From a virus: DNA of 64,000 nucleotides. Shown here one piece after another: positions 8,542 through 16,700 of this stretch. Both the position numbers and the translations under genes were made by a program. The notes beneath the pieces were generated by a model. That model searched no databases. It had not been told where the DNA came from and saw nothing but the letters and a program-made list of their open reading frames with translations. The first letter of the stretch is position 1, and the number at the start of each line of letters is the position of its first letter. The stretch is from the IMG/VR virus record IMGVR_UViG_3300028840_004512, positions 3,333 to 67,332 of that record; one strand, given 5' to 3'.

Positions 8542-9171
8542 CTATTCCGATGGCGGTCCACCCACCATCACTTTAACGTCCGCCAGCGCTCGCTCACTGC
8601 ACGACCGCCGGCGCAGCTCGTGTGCCCACGCGGGCTGCGCTGTTATGAGCGACCAAACCTCATAGTCGTGCCTATCTGGGCCGACCCACTCGATCTTCCC
8701 GAAGTGCTGGACAGTCACAATCCACCACGTAAGCCGGCGTCCGAGAGCAGCCTCGATAGCTGCGAAGGTGGTCACGTCCGTGTTGGACGGCCACGGCTCC
8801 CCATCGAAGGGGTGGGTGTGGGCTACGCCCTGAATACGCTCGCGGTGCTCCCACAGCACATCCCACAGCGTGCGGCTGTCGGGGATAACGCCCCATGAGC
8901 GGCCGTCTGGTAGGTGCCAAAAGATCGGCTTGTGGTCCTTGTCGATGACCACTCCAGCCTCGGTGTCCATCTTGTCGCCCACTGTCAGGATGCGGACGGG
9001 GGGATCACAGAACTCGCCCCAGTAGGCTTGATGGTCGCAGTCCTTGCAGTAGTGCGCCCCCATCTGCCACCGACCCTTGCTAACGGGGACCTTAGCTGTG
9101 TTGGTGCTCTCACACCTTGGGCAACGCAGCCCCTTTGTCGCGCGCTCCACACGTTGCGATACTGTGATCAT
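8542..9171 (-). CDS. JAB/JAMM (MPN+) metallopeptidase with N-terminal Zn ribbon
   Basis: E(AG)...AHTHP....PSNTD JAMM motif; CPRC/CKDC. Confidence 0.88.
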   Translation of the reverse strand: MITVSQRVERATKGLRCPRCESTNTAKVPVSKGRWQMGAHYCKDCDHQAYWGEFCDPPVRILTVGDKMDTEAGVVIDKDHKPIFWHLPDGRSWGVIPDSRTLWDVLWEHRERIQGVAHTHPFDGEPWPSNTDVTTFAAIEAALGRRLTWWIVTVQHFGKIEWVGPDRHDYEVWSLITAQPAWAHELRRRSCSERALADVKVMVGGPPSE

Positions 9172-9183
9172 CCCGTCGTCCTC

Positions 9184-9603
9184 TTAGTTAAGGTCCTGTT
9201 CGTCCACCAACCCCTTCAGAGCCTTCAGGTGCTCCACAATGACACCAGGGGGCGGCGCCGGAGCGTCGGGCGGCGCCTCTAGCATCAGTACGACCCCCAC
9301 CGAGCGCCCCTCCACCACGCCCTCCAGATGAATACCATCCCGGTCCCAACGGGCCTCGGGGGGAGCATCAAACACAGCCAGGGCCGCCACCAGGTCTACC
9401 TGCGCCGCCGGAGCCCAGCGCTCCCCCTCAATCACAATCGGGGCGGGAAACAGGCCCACCACCCACAAGCCGTCGTCGTCCTGCTGCGCGAAGATCCCTA
9501 TAGGTAAGTCCGCATAAAGCGCAAAGCACCCTCCAAGACGCTCCCCCACCGACCTTACCCACTCCGGTAGCCTCAAAGGCTCGTAGCAAACCTCAGTCGA
9601 CAT
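9184..9603 (-). CDS. hypothetical protein
   Basis: 139-aa ORF; its ATG overlaps the end of the orphaned E2 3' fragment. Confidence 0.7.
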   Translation of the reverse strand: MSTEVCYEPLRLPEWVRSVGERLGGCFALYADLPIGIFAQQDDDGLWVVGLFPAPIVIEGERWAPAAQVDLVAALAVFDAPPEARWDRDGIHLEGVVEGRSVGVVLMLEAPPDAPAPPPGVIVEHLKALKGLVDEQDLN

Positions 9604-9730
9604 GTCTGTGCACCACCAATCTGTCCGTCCTTCGCGCCTCGCGAATGACGCTCGGGAGCGACTCTAGCGTAAACCACCTATCACCCTGCGTCCCCTGCTC
9701 AAAGTCGGGGTCGTCGTAGTGTGCTGTGAT
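9593..9730 (-). pseudogene. orphaned 3' end of the E2-like gene, displaced by an HNH insertion
   Basis: Translates ITAHYDDPDFEQGTQGDRWFTLESLPSVIREARRTDRLVVHRHVD*, homologous to the C-terminus of 10401..11321; 20-nt identity 9639-9658 vs 10447-10466; no start codon. Confidence 0.9.
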
Positions 9731-9735
9731 CGCCC

Positions 9736-10392
9736 TTATGCCCCCATCTTCCGACGCCGCCGCTCCAACGGCCGCGAGATGGCTTCCTCGTGTGACAACC
9801 CCCGCTTCAGCCGCGCCAGGATAGTAGTATCATTCAACCCCACCTCCTCCGCCCACGCAGCCACACACTGCGTCCGCCCAAAGGCCGTCAGAAGCCTGTT
9901 GTCTCGCCTGTTACGACCCTGCTCCTTCGGTGTAGCCCAGCGCACGTTCCCAGGTACATAGTCCCCCTCACCATCTATACGATCCAGTGTGTGCTTGTCC
10001 GAAGGGGCTTCGCCTACGTGTTCCAAGAAGCGTATAAAACCTTGGGCGCCTTGCCACTCCGCAGCTACCCGCACACCCTGCGCACCGTATCTCTCGAACA
10101 TGATGAAGGCGGGGTCGACGCACCTCCGTACCATCTGCCACCAGTGCCTATGCTCGTGAGTGTTGGACCTCCCGTGCACTGCCCGCCTCTTAGCTAAGGC
10201 TGCTGCCTGCTCACGATTGTAGCAGCCGCACGACACCGTACGCCCATACCGAAGATCGTACTTGTTGGTCCTCATAGCACCTCCGCAGTCACAACGACAT
10301 TCGATGTCCCTCACACCACCCACGCGGGTTATCTCTAACCGACCGAACCTATCCCCCACCAATACCCTCGTCTCTGCTCTCTCTGTAGCCAT
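9736..10392 (-). mobile_element. free-standing HNH-type homing endonuclease gene
   Basis: GDRFGRL..CRCDCG...VSCGC; HTLDRID....YVPGNVRWATPKEQGRNR. Confidence 0.88.
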
Positions 10393-10397
10393 AATGA

Positions 10398-10426
10398 ACG
10401 TTAGCTCACATGCCGGAGTACAACAA
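10398..10426 (-). promoter_or_regulatory. putative leaderless HNH promoter embedded in the E2-like 3' end
   Basis: TTGTTG-17bp-TAACGT, then 5 nt to ATG 10392. Confidence 0.55.
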
Positions 10427-11321
10427 GCTCGCCTCGCCTATCCGCTTCGCGAATGACGCTCGGGAGACTCTCCAACGTAAACCGAGTGTCCCCGCGAACA
10501 CCCGTGCCGTGATCCTCCAAACAGATACCGCTGTCAATCACGCGCATAGTGGTCCGAGAGCAAGTGCACTGAAAGCGTTGCTCACCCAGCCGAAAGGTTA
10601 CCACCATCTCGTCGCCACCTCCCCGCGCGGGCCTGTGATCTAGGTAGGTGGCGCCCCCAACAGCCAAGGAAGCCTTGGCTGCCTCGCCAAAGTCCTCCGC
10701 CGCCAGCTCTCGACGCCCTACCGCGTCCCCAAGCTGCTCCTGAATGCGACGCCGGCGCTCCTCACGCTCCCGGCGCTCCCGCTCCTCTTGCCGACGGCGC
10801 TCCACCTCAGCACGGTGCCACGTCTCGACCCGGAAGGCCGCGTCGAGCGCTGGCGCCACCTCGGAGATGCGGTCCACGGTCTCAGCTCGGTCCTGATATG
10901 CCTGTAGCACCTCATACTCGGCTCCTAACGGCATATCCTGCTCCACATAGACCAGGGGGCCATCCTCACAGAAACGGCCCGCTACGACCCGCTCAAAGCG
11001 GTCCAGGCCCTGCTCCACAAGGTGTACGCGGGGGAAGGTGGCGAGCATGGTGACGGGGTCCGAGACGACCACGTGGTCGCGCACCAGCCGGTCCCCTATG
11101 AGGTAGCCGCTCACGCGGTCCTTAAGCATATCGGGGTCAGCCTCTCCGCGGCCTTGTAGCGTGACGTTGCGGCCCGACACACCGAAGGTCCACCACCCAT
11201 GCTCACGCGGCCTGCGGCCCTGAATACGCCACGTACGGTCAAAGGTGCGCAGAGACCTACCGCCTACCCACGGAGCCGTGACGGTCTCCCCTTCCGTCTG
11301 CAGCAGGTCTCTCCAGCTCAT
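10401..11321 (-). CDS. divergent E2/UBC-like protein (C-terminal domain) with coiled-coil linker
   Basis: DSGICL...FTLESLPSVIREA resembles the E2 active-site G.ICL...tl..vl..i; lies between vWA and JAB/Ubl. Confidence 0.6.
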   Translation of the reverse strand: MSWRDLLQTEGETVTAPWVGGRSLRTFDRTWRIQGRRPREHGWWTFGVSGRNVTLQGRGEADPDMLKDRVSGYLIGDRLVRDHVVVSDPVTMLATFPRVHLVEQGLDRFERVVAGRFCEDGPLVYVEQDMPLGAEYEVLQAYQDRAETVDRISEVAPALDAAFRVETWHRAEVERRRQEERERREREERRRRIQEQLGDAVGRRELAAEDFGEAAKASLAVGGATYLDHRPARGGGDEMVVTFRLGEQRFQCTCSRTTMRVIDSGICLEDHGTGVRGDTRFTLESLPSVIREADRRGELVVLRHVS

Positions 11322-11530
11322 CCGCTCCGTCCCTTGTTACAGCTAGCTTGATCGAAGATGTTTGGGTCCGTGCCCGAGCACGGCATACGCTCGCCGCAGG
11401 TGGTACAGACTAGCGCCTTGCCCGTCCCGCGACACTTAGGGCACGAGCGCTTGCGCTTGCAAGGGTCGCGTCCAGAGCCGCCGCACAGGTCACAGCACCC
11501 GCGCAGCTCCACATCAATTCGTCCCATCAT
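11318..11530 (-). CDS. DnaJ-type CxxCxGxG zinc-finger protein
   Basis: CDLCGGSG, CPKCRGTG, CTTCG. Confidence 0.65.
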   Translation of the reverse strand: MMGRIDVELRGCCDLCGGSGRDPCKRKRSCPKCRGTGKALVCTTCGERMPCSGTDPNIFDQASCNKGRSG

Positions 11531-11889
11531 GGGTAGTCCTCTAGGTCCAGCTCGGGGAAGATAGCCTTAGCCTCCTTAGCGGCAGCCGCGGAGACCTGCT
11601 GCATGCGGCGCTCCAGCGCCGTCAGACGCTCTTTGACCATCTTCGCTGCCTCCTGCTTCACCGCTGCCGGATAGGCTTTCGCAAGACCCTCCAGAAAAGC
11701 GCGCGGAGAGATGGGGATACCGTTGACGGTGATAGCCACCTCGACAACCCCATCCGCCGCTTTGAACTCTCGGGCAGGATCGCGCCCATGGCAATGCACC
11801 ACGAGCGCGCGGATGAGCAGCTGGTCCTCCACGCTGCTCCCCGTCATCCCCGACAGCCTGAAGACCTCACTCATACCGAGGCCCCTCAC
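11527..11889 (-). CDS. hypothetical protein
   Basis: ORF in operon; start uncertain. Confidence 0.65.
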   Translation of the reverse strand: MRGLGMSEVFRLSGMTGSSVEDQLLIRALVVHCHGRDPAREFKAADGVVEVAITVNGIPISPRAFLEGLAKAYPAAVKQEAAKMVKERLTALERRMQQVSAAAAKEAKAIFPELDLEDYP

Positions 11890-12058
11890 TTGAAGCTATC
11901 TCCGGTAACCCCGCCACCCGAGCCCTCCACGCCTCCTCACTCTCTCCCCGTCGGCGACGCCGCGCTAACCGCAGTTTACCCTCCGGCGTGTTGAGTGCTC
12001 GCGAGATCGCCGCGGCTCTCCGTTTCTTTGCCCCCGCACGTTTGTGGACCTCTTTCAT
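11867..12058 (-). CDS. small basic protein
   Basis: 63 aa, Arg/Lys-rich, RBS-like GGAG. Confidence 0.5.
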   Translation of the reverse strand: MKEVHKRAGAKKRRAAAISRALNTPEGKLRLARRRRRGESEEAWRARVAGLPEIASSEGPRYE

Positions 12059-12077
12059 CTTCGCGCTCCGTGCTTCC

Positions 12078-13964
12078 TTACTGAAAAGCGAGAGGCTTAC
12101 GCAGCAGGTCAGTCTTGATGATCTGATCGACCAACGTCTCTCGGACCCTAACCGCCCCGCGCTGCACCTGCCCGACAGGAGTAGAGGCTACCAGCGCGCG
12201 AACGGTGCGCGGGATGGCGTAGGGGTCCTCAAAGGTGCTGTTGCCAATGCGGAAGCAAGGGATGCCCAGCTCTGCCGCAGTATCCTGCACACAGGTGGCA
12301 GCCATACCGAAGTGCGACTCAACCTTGATCAAACCAAAGGCCATCGGCCTTAGCCCAGACACCTGCACATCGTGGGTGAAGGTGCGTGCCTTCTCGTCGC
12401 CGATGAAGATAAACAAGGTGTCCTCATCATCCTTCGGCGGTCGATGCTGCAGCACCCGAATGCCTGCACCGTAGGCCGTCCCGCCCCCGGCGCGGAAGCC
12501 CGTGAAGGCGTGGCGAACGCCTACAGCGGAAGGGTGCTTGATCTCCACCTCACGCCCCGTCGTGTTGAACACCGAGACGTGTAGCTTGTCGAGCGGGAAG
12601 CCCTGCAGAAAGCGCTCGATGTACTGCTTGGCCGTTGGGATGCAATCCACCATCGAGCCCGAGATGTCGACCATGACGTAGACACGCAGGCCCTTGGTGA
12701 CCTCCTCGACAGCCTTTTTGACCGCTGTGTCCGCGGCCTCTTGCAGCTTCTCTCGGGCCTCCTTCGAGCGCACGCGCTCCGCAATGTTGGCCGCACGCTG
12801 GTCCTCCGCCTTCTGGATAGCCTGCTCCCACCGCCGCTTGATGCCTGCAACCTTGAGCAGCCCCAGCTCCTCTAAGGTCGGTGTGTAGATGATCAGGTCC
12901 TTGTCCGACAGACAGCCGGCGCCAACGGACGCGGCCATAACCGCTCGCGTGATGCCTACCTCCTTGGGGACCACACTAACCAACCGCTTAAACCCTGGCT
13001 TCTCGGCCTCGATGCGCCGGCACACCTGCTCCTCGTTCAAGCCCTCCCAGGTCTCCTCTTTGGTGACAGCCTTGCCAATGGCGAGGGACCGTCGACCATC
13101 CTTGGCCTGGTCTTGCTTCCAGCGCAGAACCTCAAAGAAGGATTCACTCTGCGGCTTGTAGCCCACACCGCAGGCAAGATTGATAACCGTGCTGCGAAAC
13201 CCAGCCTTGACCAGCCCCTGCAGCATCTTGGGGTTGTCCTCGCGGTATCGAAGCCACCGCTTGACCGCCTTGGGCCACCGGCCCAGAAAAGGCTTCCGCG
13301 CCGACTGCCCGAAGCCCAGCTCGCGGTTGAGCTGCGCAATCTCAGGCAGCTCCAACAGGTAGCGGATACGCTGCAGAAGCTTCGGGCTGAGATCCTTCCC
13401 ATCCTTCCGGACGATCAAGACCATTGCCTCCCCCACATCCCGGTAATCCTCGTCCGGGAACAGAACCTTCCCGTCCTCCTTAATCGGCTCACCGCAACGA
13501 GACTGCACCAGCATGAAGGCCGCCAGAGCAACCTTCAGGTCCCTGTGCTCCTGTCCGAAAGCGTAGGAGGCCCACCGCGCCGCGAACTCGTTATCGAGCT
13601 TCCACACCTCGGCGATCTGCTTGTACACCCAAACAGCCGCCTCGGGAAACAGCCCCGGCTTGCGGTACTGCCAGCTCTGCGTACCGTTGCGAACGACACC
13701 GTCGTCACCCAGGACGCCCAGCTTAACACGCGACCGCTTCCGCCCGACCTTACGGAGCTCAAAGACAACCTTCTGGCCATCCTCCTCCTTGTACACCACC
13801 GGCTTCCAGGACGCGCCGATCGCTGAGCCGTCGGCGCTCACCACCCCTGGTCTCCCGTGGTACAGGTGATCTCCCCAGCTCAGCAGCGTCTGAATGATCC
13901 GCTCCGCTGGCCCTAACGCCTCTCGGTCCATAACACTCTCCGTCCGTTGATATCCGCCCGACAC
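12078..13964 (-). CDS. Ro60/TROVE-like helical protein with C-terminal vWA (MIDAS) domain
   Basis: VMVDISGSM, GGGT, FIGDE MIDAS elements; LGRWPKAVKRW...VK...S...L....YKP resembles the Ro60 WGR..RKA..W...KY...S..D.LRL.H.KP segment (recalled). Confidence 0.7.
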   Translation of the reverse strand: MSGGYQRTESVMDREALGPAERIIQTLLSWGDHLYHGRPGVVSADGSAIGASWKPVVYKEEDGQKVVFELRKVGRKRSRVKLGVLGDDGVVRNGTQSWQYRKPGLFPEAAVWVYKQIAEVWKLDNEFAARWASYAFGQEHRDLKVALAAFMLVQSRCGEPIKEDGKVLFPDEDYRDVGEAMVLIVRKDGKDLSPKLLQRIRYLLELPEIAQLNRELGFGQSARKPFLGRWPKAVKRWLRYREDNPKMLQGLVKAGFRSTVINLACGVGYKPQSESFFEVLRWKQDQAKDGRRSLAIGKAVTKEETWEGLNEEQVCRRIEAEKPGFKRLVSVVPKEVGITRAVMAASVGAGCLSDKDLIIYTPTLEELGLLKVAGIKRRWEQAIQKAEDQRAANIAERVRSKEAREKLQEAADTAVKKAVEEVTKGLRVYVMVDISGSMVDCIPTAKQYIERFLQGFPLDKLHVSVFNTTGREVEIKHPSAVGVRHAFTGFRAGGGTAYGAGIRVLQHRPPKDDEDTLFIFIGDEKARTFTHDVQVSGLRPMAFGLIKVESHFGMAATCVQDTAAELGIPCFRIGNSTFEDPYAIPRTVRALVASTPVGQVQRGAVRVRETLVDQIIKTDLLRKPLAFQ

Positions 13965-14018
13965 TAGGCGGCATTAGTCCGTCCGTCCAAGACAGCCGAC
14001 ACCCAAAGGTGTGACCGC

Positions 14019-14082
14019 AAAAAAGATAGGCCGCGCCGGCTGACCAATTAGGAACAACGCAACAACGACCGGCGCGACCTGA
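14019..14082 (-). ncRNA. small stem-loop RNA (Y-RNA-like candidate) or leader attenuator
   Basis: AGGUCGCGCCGGU pairs with GCCGGCGCGGCCU (13 bp, 2 G-U), 27-nt U/G-rich loop, U6 tail, right after a promoter. Confidence 0.5.
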
Positions 14083-14088
14083 TAAGCT

Positions 14089-14117
14089 AAGATACTATAT
14101 AGGTAGACAGTTGTCAA
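14089..14117 (-). promoter_or_regulatory. sigma70-type promoter
   Basis: TTGACA-17bp-TATCTT. Confidence 0.85.
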
Positions 14118-14126
14118 GCCTGTTAG

Positions 14127-14849
14127 CTAGCCGCGGAGGTAGGGCTCTATCTCCAGGGCGATGGCGGAGGCGGCCATAGCGGGGTCCTCGGCCTTGGTGA
14201 TAGGGCGTCCGACGACGATGTAGCTAGCACCATTCTTAAAAGCCTCGCCGGGGGTAGCGGTGCGGGCCTGGTCGTCCAGAGGGGGGACATCACTTCCCCG
14301 CGGACGGGGGCGGATACCGGGGACAACCAGGGCCGCTTTGGGGTAGAGTCCGCGGAGAGTCGCCACCTCCTTGGGGGAGCACACAAAGCCGGTGATGCCT
14401 TGGCTCTGTGCGACGCCTGCGACGTAGCGGACATACGTGTTGGGAGTGGCCCCCTTGACCTGCAGCTCTGTGTTGAGCTGCTCTGCGCTGATAGAGGTCA
14501 GCAACGTAACAGCCAGCAGCTGGACGCGGCTTGCAGCCTCCGCGGCGGCCTTGAGCATCTTAGAGCCCCCCGCAGCGTGAACCGTGAGGAACCGGGCCCC
14601 GAGCCTGTCTGCGCTCTCGACAGCACGAGCGACGGTGTTGGGGATATCGTGAAGCTTGAGATCAAGGAAAACATCCACCCCCAGGTCTCGCGCCCATCGG
14701 ACCGCATCGGGCCCCTCTGCTATGAACAGCTGGAGGCCAATCTTAAGGACACCCACGCGCCCGACGAGACCCCGCATGAGGGCCTTAGCCTCGGCCATAC
14801 TAGGCACGTCCACAGGTAGGACTATTCGACTGTACGCGACTCGCGACAT
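14127..14849 (-). CDS. pyrF: orotidine-5'-phosphate decarboxylase
   Basis: LKIG, FLDLKLHDIPNTV, TVHAAGG, AVTLLTS, VCSPKE, VPGIR, DDQAR..TP, IVVGRPIT; RBS GAGGAGG. Confidence 0.96.
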   Translation of the reverse strand: MSRVAYSRIVLPVDVPSMAEAKALMRGLVGRVGVLKIGLQLFIAEGPDAVRWARDLGVDVFLDLKLHDIPNTVARAVESADRLGARFLTVHAAGGSKMLKAAAEAASRVQLLAVTLLTSISAEQLNTELQVKGATPNTYVRYVAGVAQSQGITGFVCSPKEVATLRGLYPKAALVVPGIRPRPRGSDVPPLDDQARTATPGEAFKNGASYIVVGRPITKAEDPAMAASAIALEIEPYLRG

Positions 14850-15237
14850 AAGATCCTCCTCTTCGCTTCCGAGCATCCCCTCCAACCACCTCCCGGACAG
14901 TGTAGCGCTCCCCACGGCGCAGGGCATGAGCTACAGCACGCACCACTCGCGCGCTCACAACCAACGGCTCACCAACGCGCGACGGCTGCGGCTTGCGGGC
15001 CCGCAAGCAGATGCGCTTGAAGCCCCGTAGCCTCCACCAGCTAACGATGTTCCAGGCCACGATGACGGCTGTGTCCGGATGAATTGTGTCCCCCATCCGC
15101 TTATCAGGCCACCTCCAGCTGCCCTCCTGGCAGGGGCACGCGACCCAGCAGGGGCGGCCAAAAAGCCAACGGTCGACCAGCATCCGCGCCACCCCAGCCT
15201 CTACGCCGACGTCCGATTGCGTCCACTGCTTGCACAT
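14800..15237 (-). CDS. hypothetical protein
   Basis: Best ORF filling the gap; overlaps both neighbours, frame uncertain. Confidence 0.4.
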   Translation of the reverse strand: MCKQWTQSDVGVEAGVARMLVDRWLFGRPCWVACPCQEGSWRWPDKRMGDTIHPDTAVIVAWNIVSWWRLRGFKRICLRARKPQPSRVGEPLVVSARVVRAVAHALRRGERYTVREVVGGDARKRRGGSYVASRVQSNSPTCGRA

Positions 15238-15503
15238 ACGCGATTCCTCCCACGTAAAGAGGCCCGCAGGGCCTCCGGCGGAGGCGACGGTACCCGACGA
15301 CGGTTGTCGACCCCAAGCGCTCTAGAGAGCGTGCAGGGTGCCTCCAAACGCGCAGGCTTGACCGCCACCTTCTCGAACGCCCGAAAGAAGCTGCGGTCTA
15401 GGTGCCTCCTGGTAAGCTCGCTAACCTCCTGGCGAAAGCGTTCGAAGGCCCTGACGAGCCGCTCAAACGCCTCGTCCAGGTCTGGCACATCCGCGGACCT
15501 CAC
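15201..15503 (-). CDS. hypothetical protein
   Basis: GTG start overlapping the nucleotidase stop; helical N-terminus. Confidence 0.55.
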   Translation of the reverse strand: MRSADVPDLDEAFERLVRAFERFRQEVSELTRRHLDRSFFRAFEKVAVKPARLEAPCTLSRALGVDNRRRVPSPPPEALRASLRGRNRVCASSGRNRTSA

Positions 15504-16078
15504 AGCAGAGGCTCCAGGGCCTCCACGATCGTGGCCCACGCTTGCACAGGCTCTCGCCAGCTCTGGGCCATCATGTCTACATCCGCACCATGATTGTAGG
15601 GCCAGGCTATGGCCAACAGCTTCGCCTCGGGCCACGCCTTACGATATTTGAGGAGCTGGTCGGGCGCGTCATCAATCAGCACGTCCCCACGACATAGCTC
15701 CTTCCGACGAGTGATGATGATGTTCTTCTGGGGTAGAAAGGGAAGATGCTTGTAGACCCACCGCATCTTCTCCATAGCCGCGCGAGGGTAGTTGCCGGGC
15801 GAGGAGCAGATGACCACCTCCGCCCCCAAGCTGTCCAACGCATAGAGCGCATCGGAAGCGCCGGAGATGAGGGGTAGAGCCTCCCACCAGCCCTCGCGCC
15901 CCATATAGTCGTAGATCGACCCACCTTCGGGGAGGGCCCTAGAGAACTCGTAGTCAGTGAGGTCCTCGACCGAGACCTCGTCTCCACCTTCACGCTCAAG
16001 ATTGACGGTGTCCACGAACGCCTGCGGCAGGTTTACGCAGATACCGTCCAGGTCAACCAGAATCGTCAGCTTGCTCAT
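15500..16078 (-). CDS. 5'(3')-deoxyribonucleotidase (HAD, NT5C-like)
   Basis: ILVDLDG, ICSSP, EKMRWV, GDVLIDD, WPYN. Confidence 0.9.
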   Translation of the reverse strand: MSKLTILVDLDGICVNLPQAFVDTVNLEREGGDEVSVEDLTDYEFSRALPEGGSIYDYMGREGWWEALPLISGASDALYALDSLGAEVVICSSPGNYPRAAMEKMRWVYKHLPFLPQKNIIITRRKELCRGDVLIDDAPDQLLKYRKAWPEAKLLAIAWPYNHGADVDMMAQSWREPVQAWATIVEALEPLL

Positions 16079-16700
16079 CCACCACGTCCTCCAGCAGCAC
16101 CAACGTACCGTAATCGGGACTATAAGATACAACGCCGGTCTCCTTGCACCAAGTATCCAGATACCGCTGCAGCTCGTCCTTCTCGGCCTCGGATATACGG
16201 TCGTAAGCCTCCTCGTGGTGGTCCTCCAGAGCGCTCTCTAGGATATCCTCCACATCCATGCTCAAGAGCTCGGACTTACTACCCCAGACCTCCTTGGGAG
16301 GGCTAACCTCGCCGTAGTCGCAGTGATCGTAAAGGTAGTCTAAGGTTTGATAGTACTCGTCCTCCCAGAAGAAGCCGGCGCCCTCATACTCCGACAGCGG
16401 CACGCGCTTGACCTTCGCTCGCCTCTTACGGTCCATCTCCGCGTCGTGCTCAGTCCACCTCCGCTTGCGACAGGGCTCACAGGCTGTCCAGCTGTTACCG
16501 CCGGTCAGCGCCCCACAAGCACAGCGCCGGTAGCAGCAGTCAAGCGCCATCTCCCGCGCATTCTCGGGGAAGGACAAGGTGGTAAAAAGCTGCCCGCACT
16601 TTCCGCAAGCAAAGGCGACCGTCACACGGTCGCCTTTAAGCTCCCGAAAGATCGGGAAGGGTTGCTTTATGCTGCCTTCGTCGCCTGCTCCTGTGTCCAT
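16053..16700 (-). CDS. Cys-rich hypothetical protein
   Basis: 215 aa; CGKC, CACG, CEPC; acidic C-terminal domain. Confidence 0.75.
   Translation of the reverse strand: MDTGAGDEGSIKQPFPIFRELKGDRVTVAFACGKCGQLFTTLSFPENAREMALDCCYRRCACGALTGGNSWTACEPCRKRRWTEHDAEMDRKRRAKVKRVPLSEYEGAGFFWEDEYYQTLDYLYDHCDYGEVSPPKEVWGSKSELLSMDVEDILESALEDHHEEAYDRISEAEKDELQRYLDTWCKETGVVSYSPDYGTLVLLEDVVDEQADDSG

Noticed and set aside
9593-10400. Group I intron or intein explanation for the endonuclease insertions
   Set aside because: Flanks are only a few to about 50 nt with no room for a ribozyme core, host genes are already complete, and no intein terminal motifs are present.
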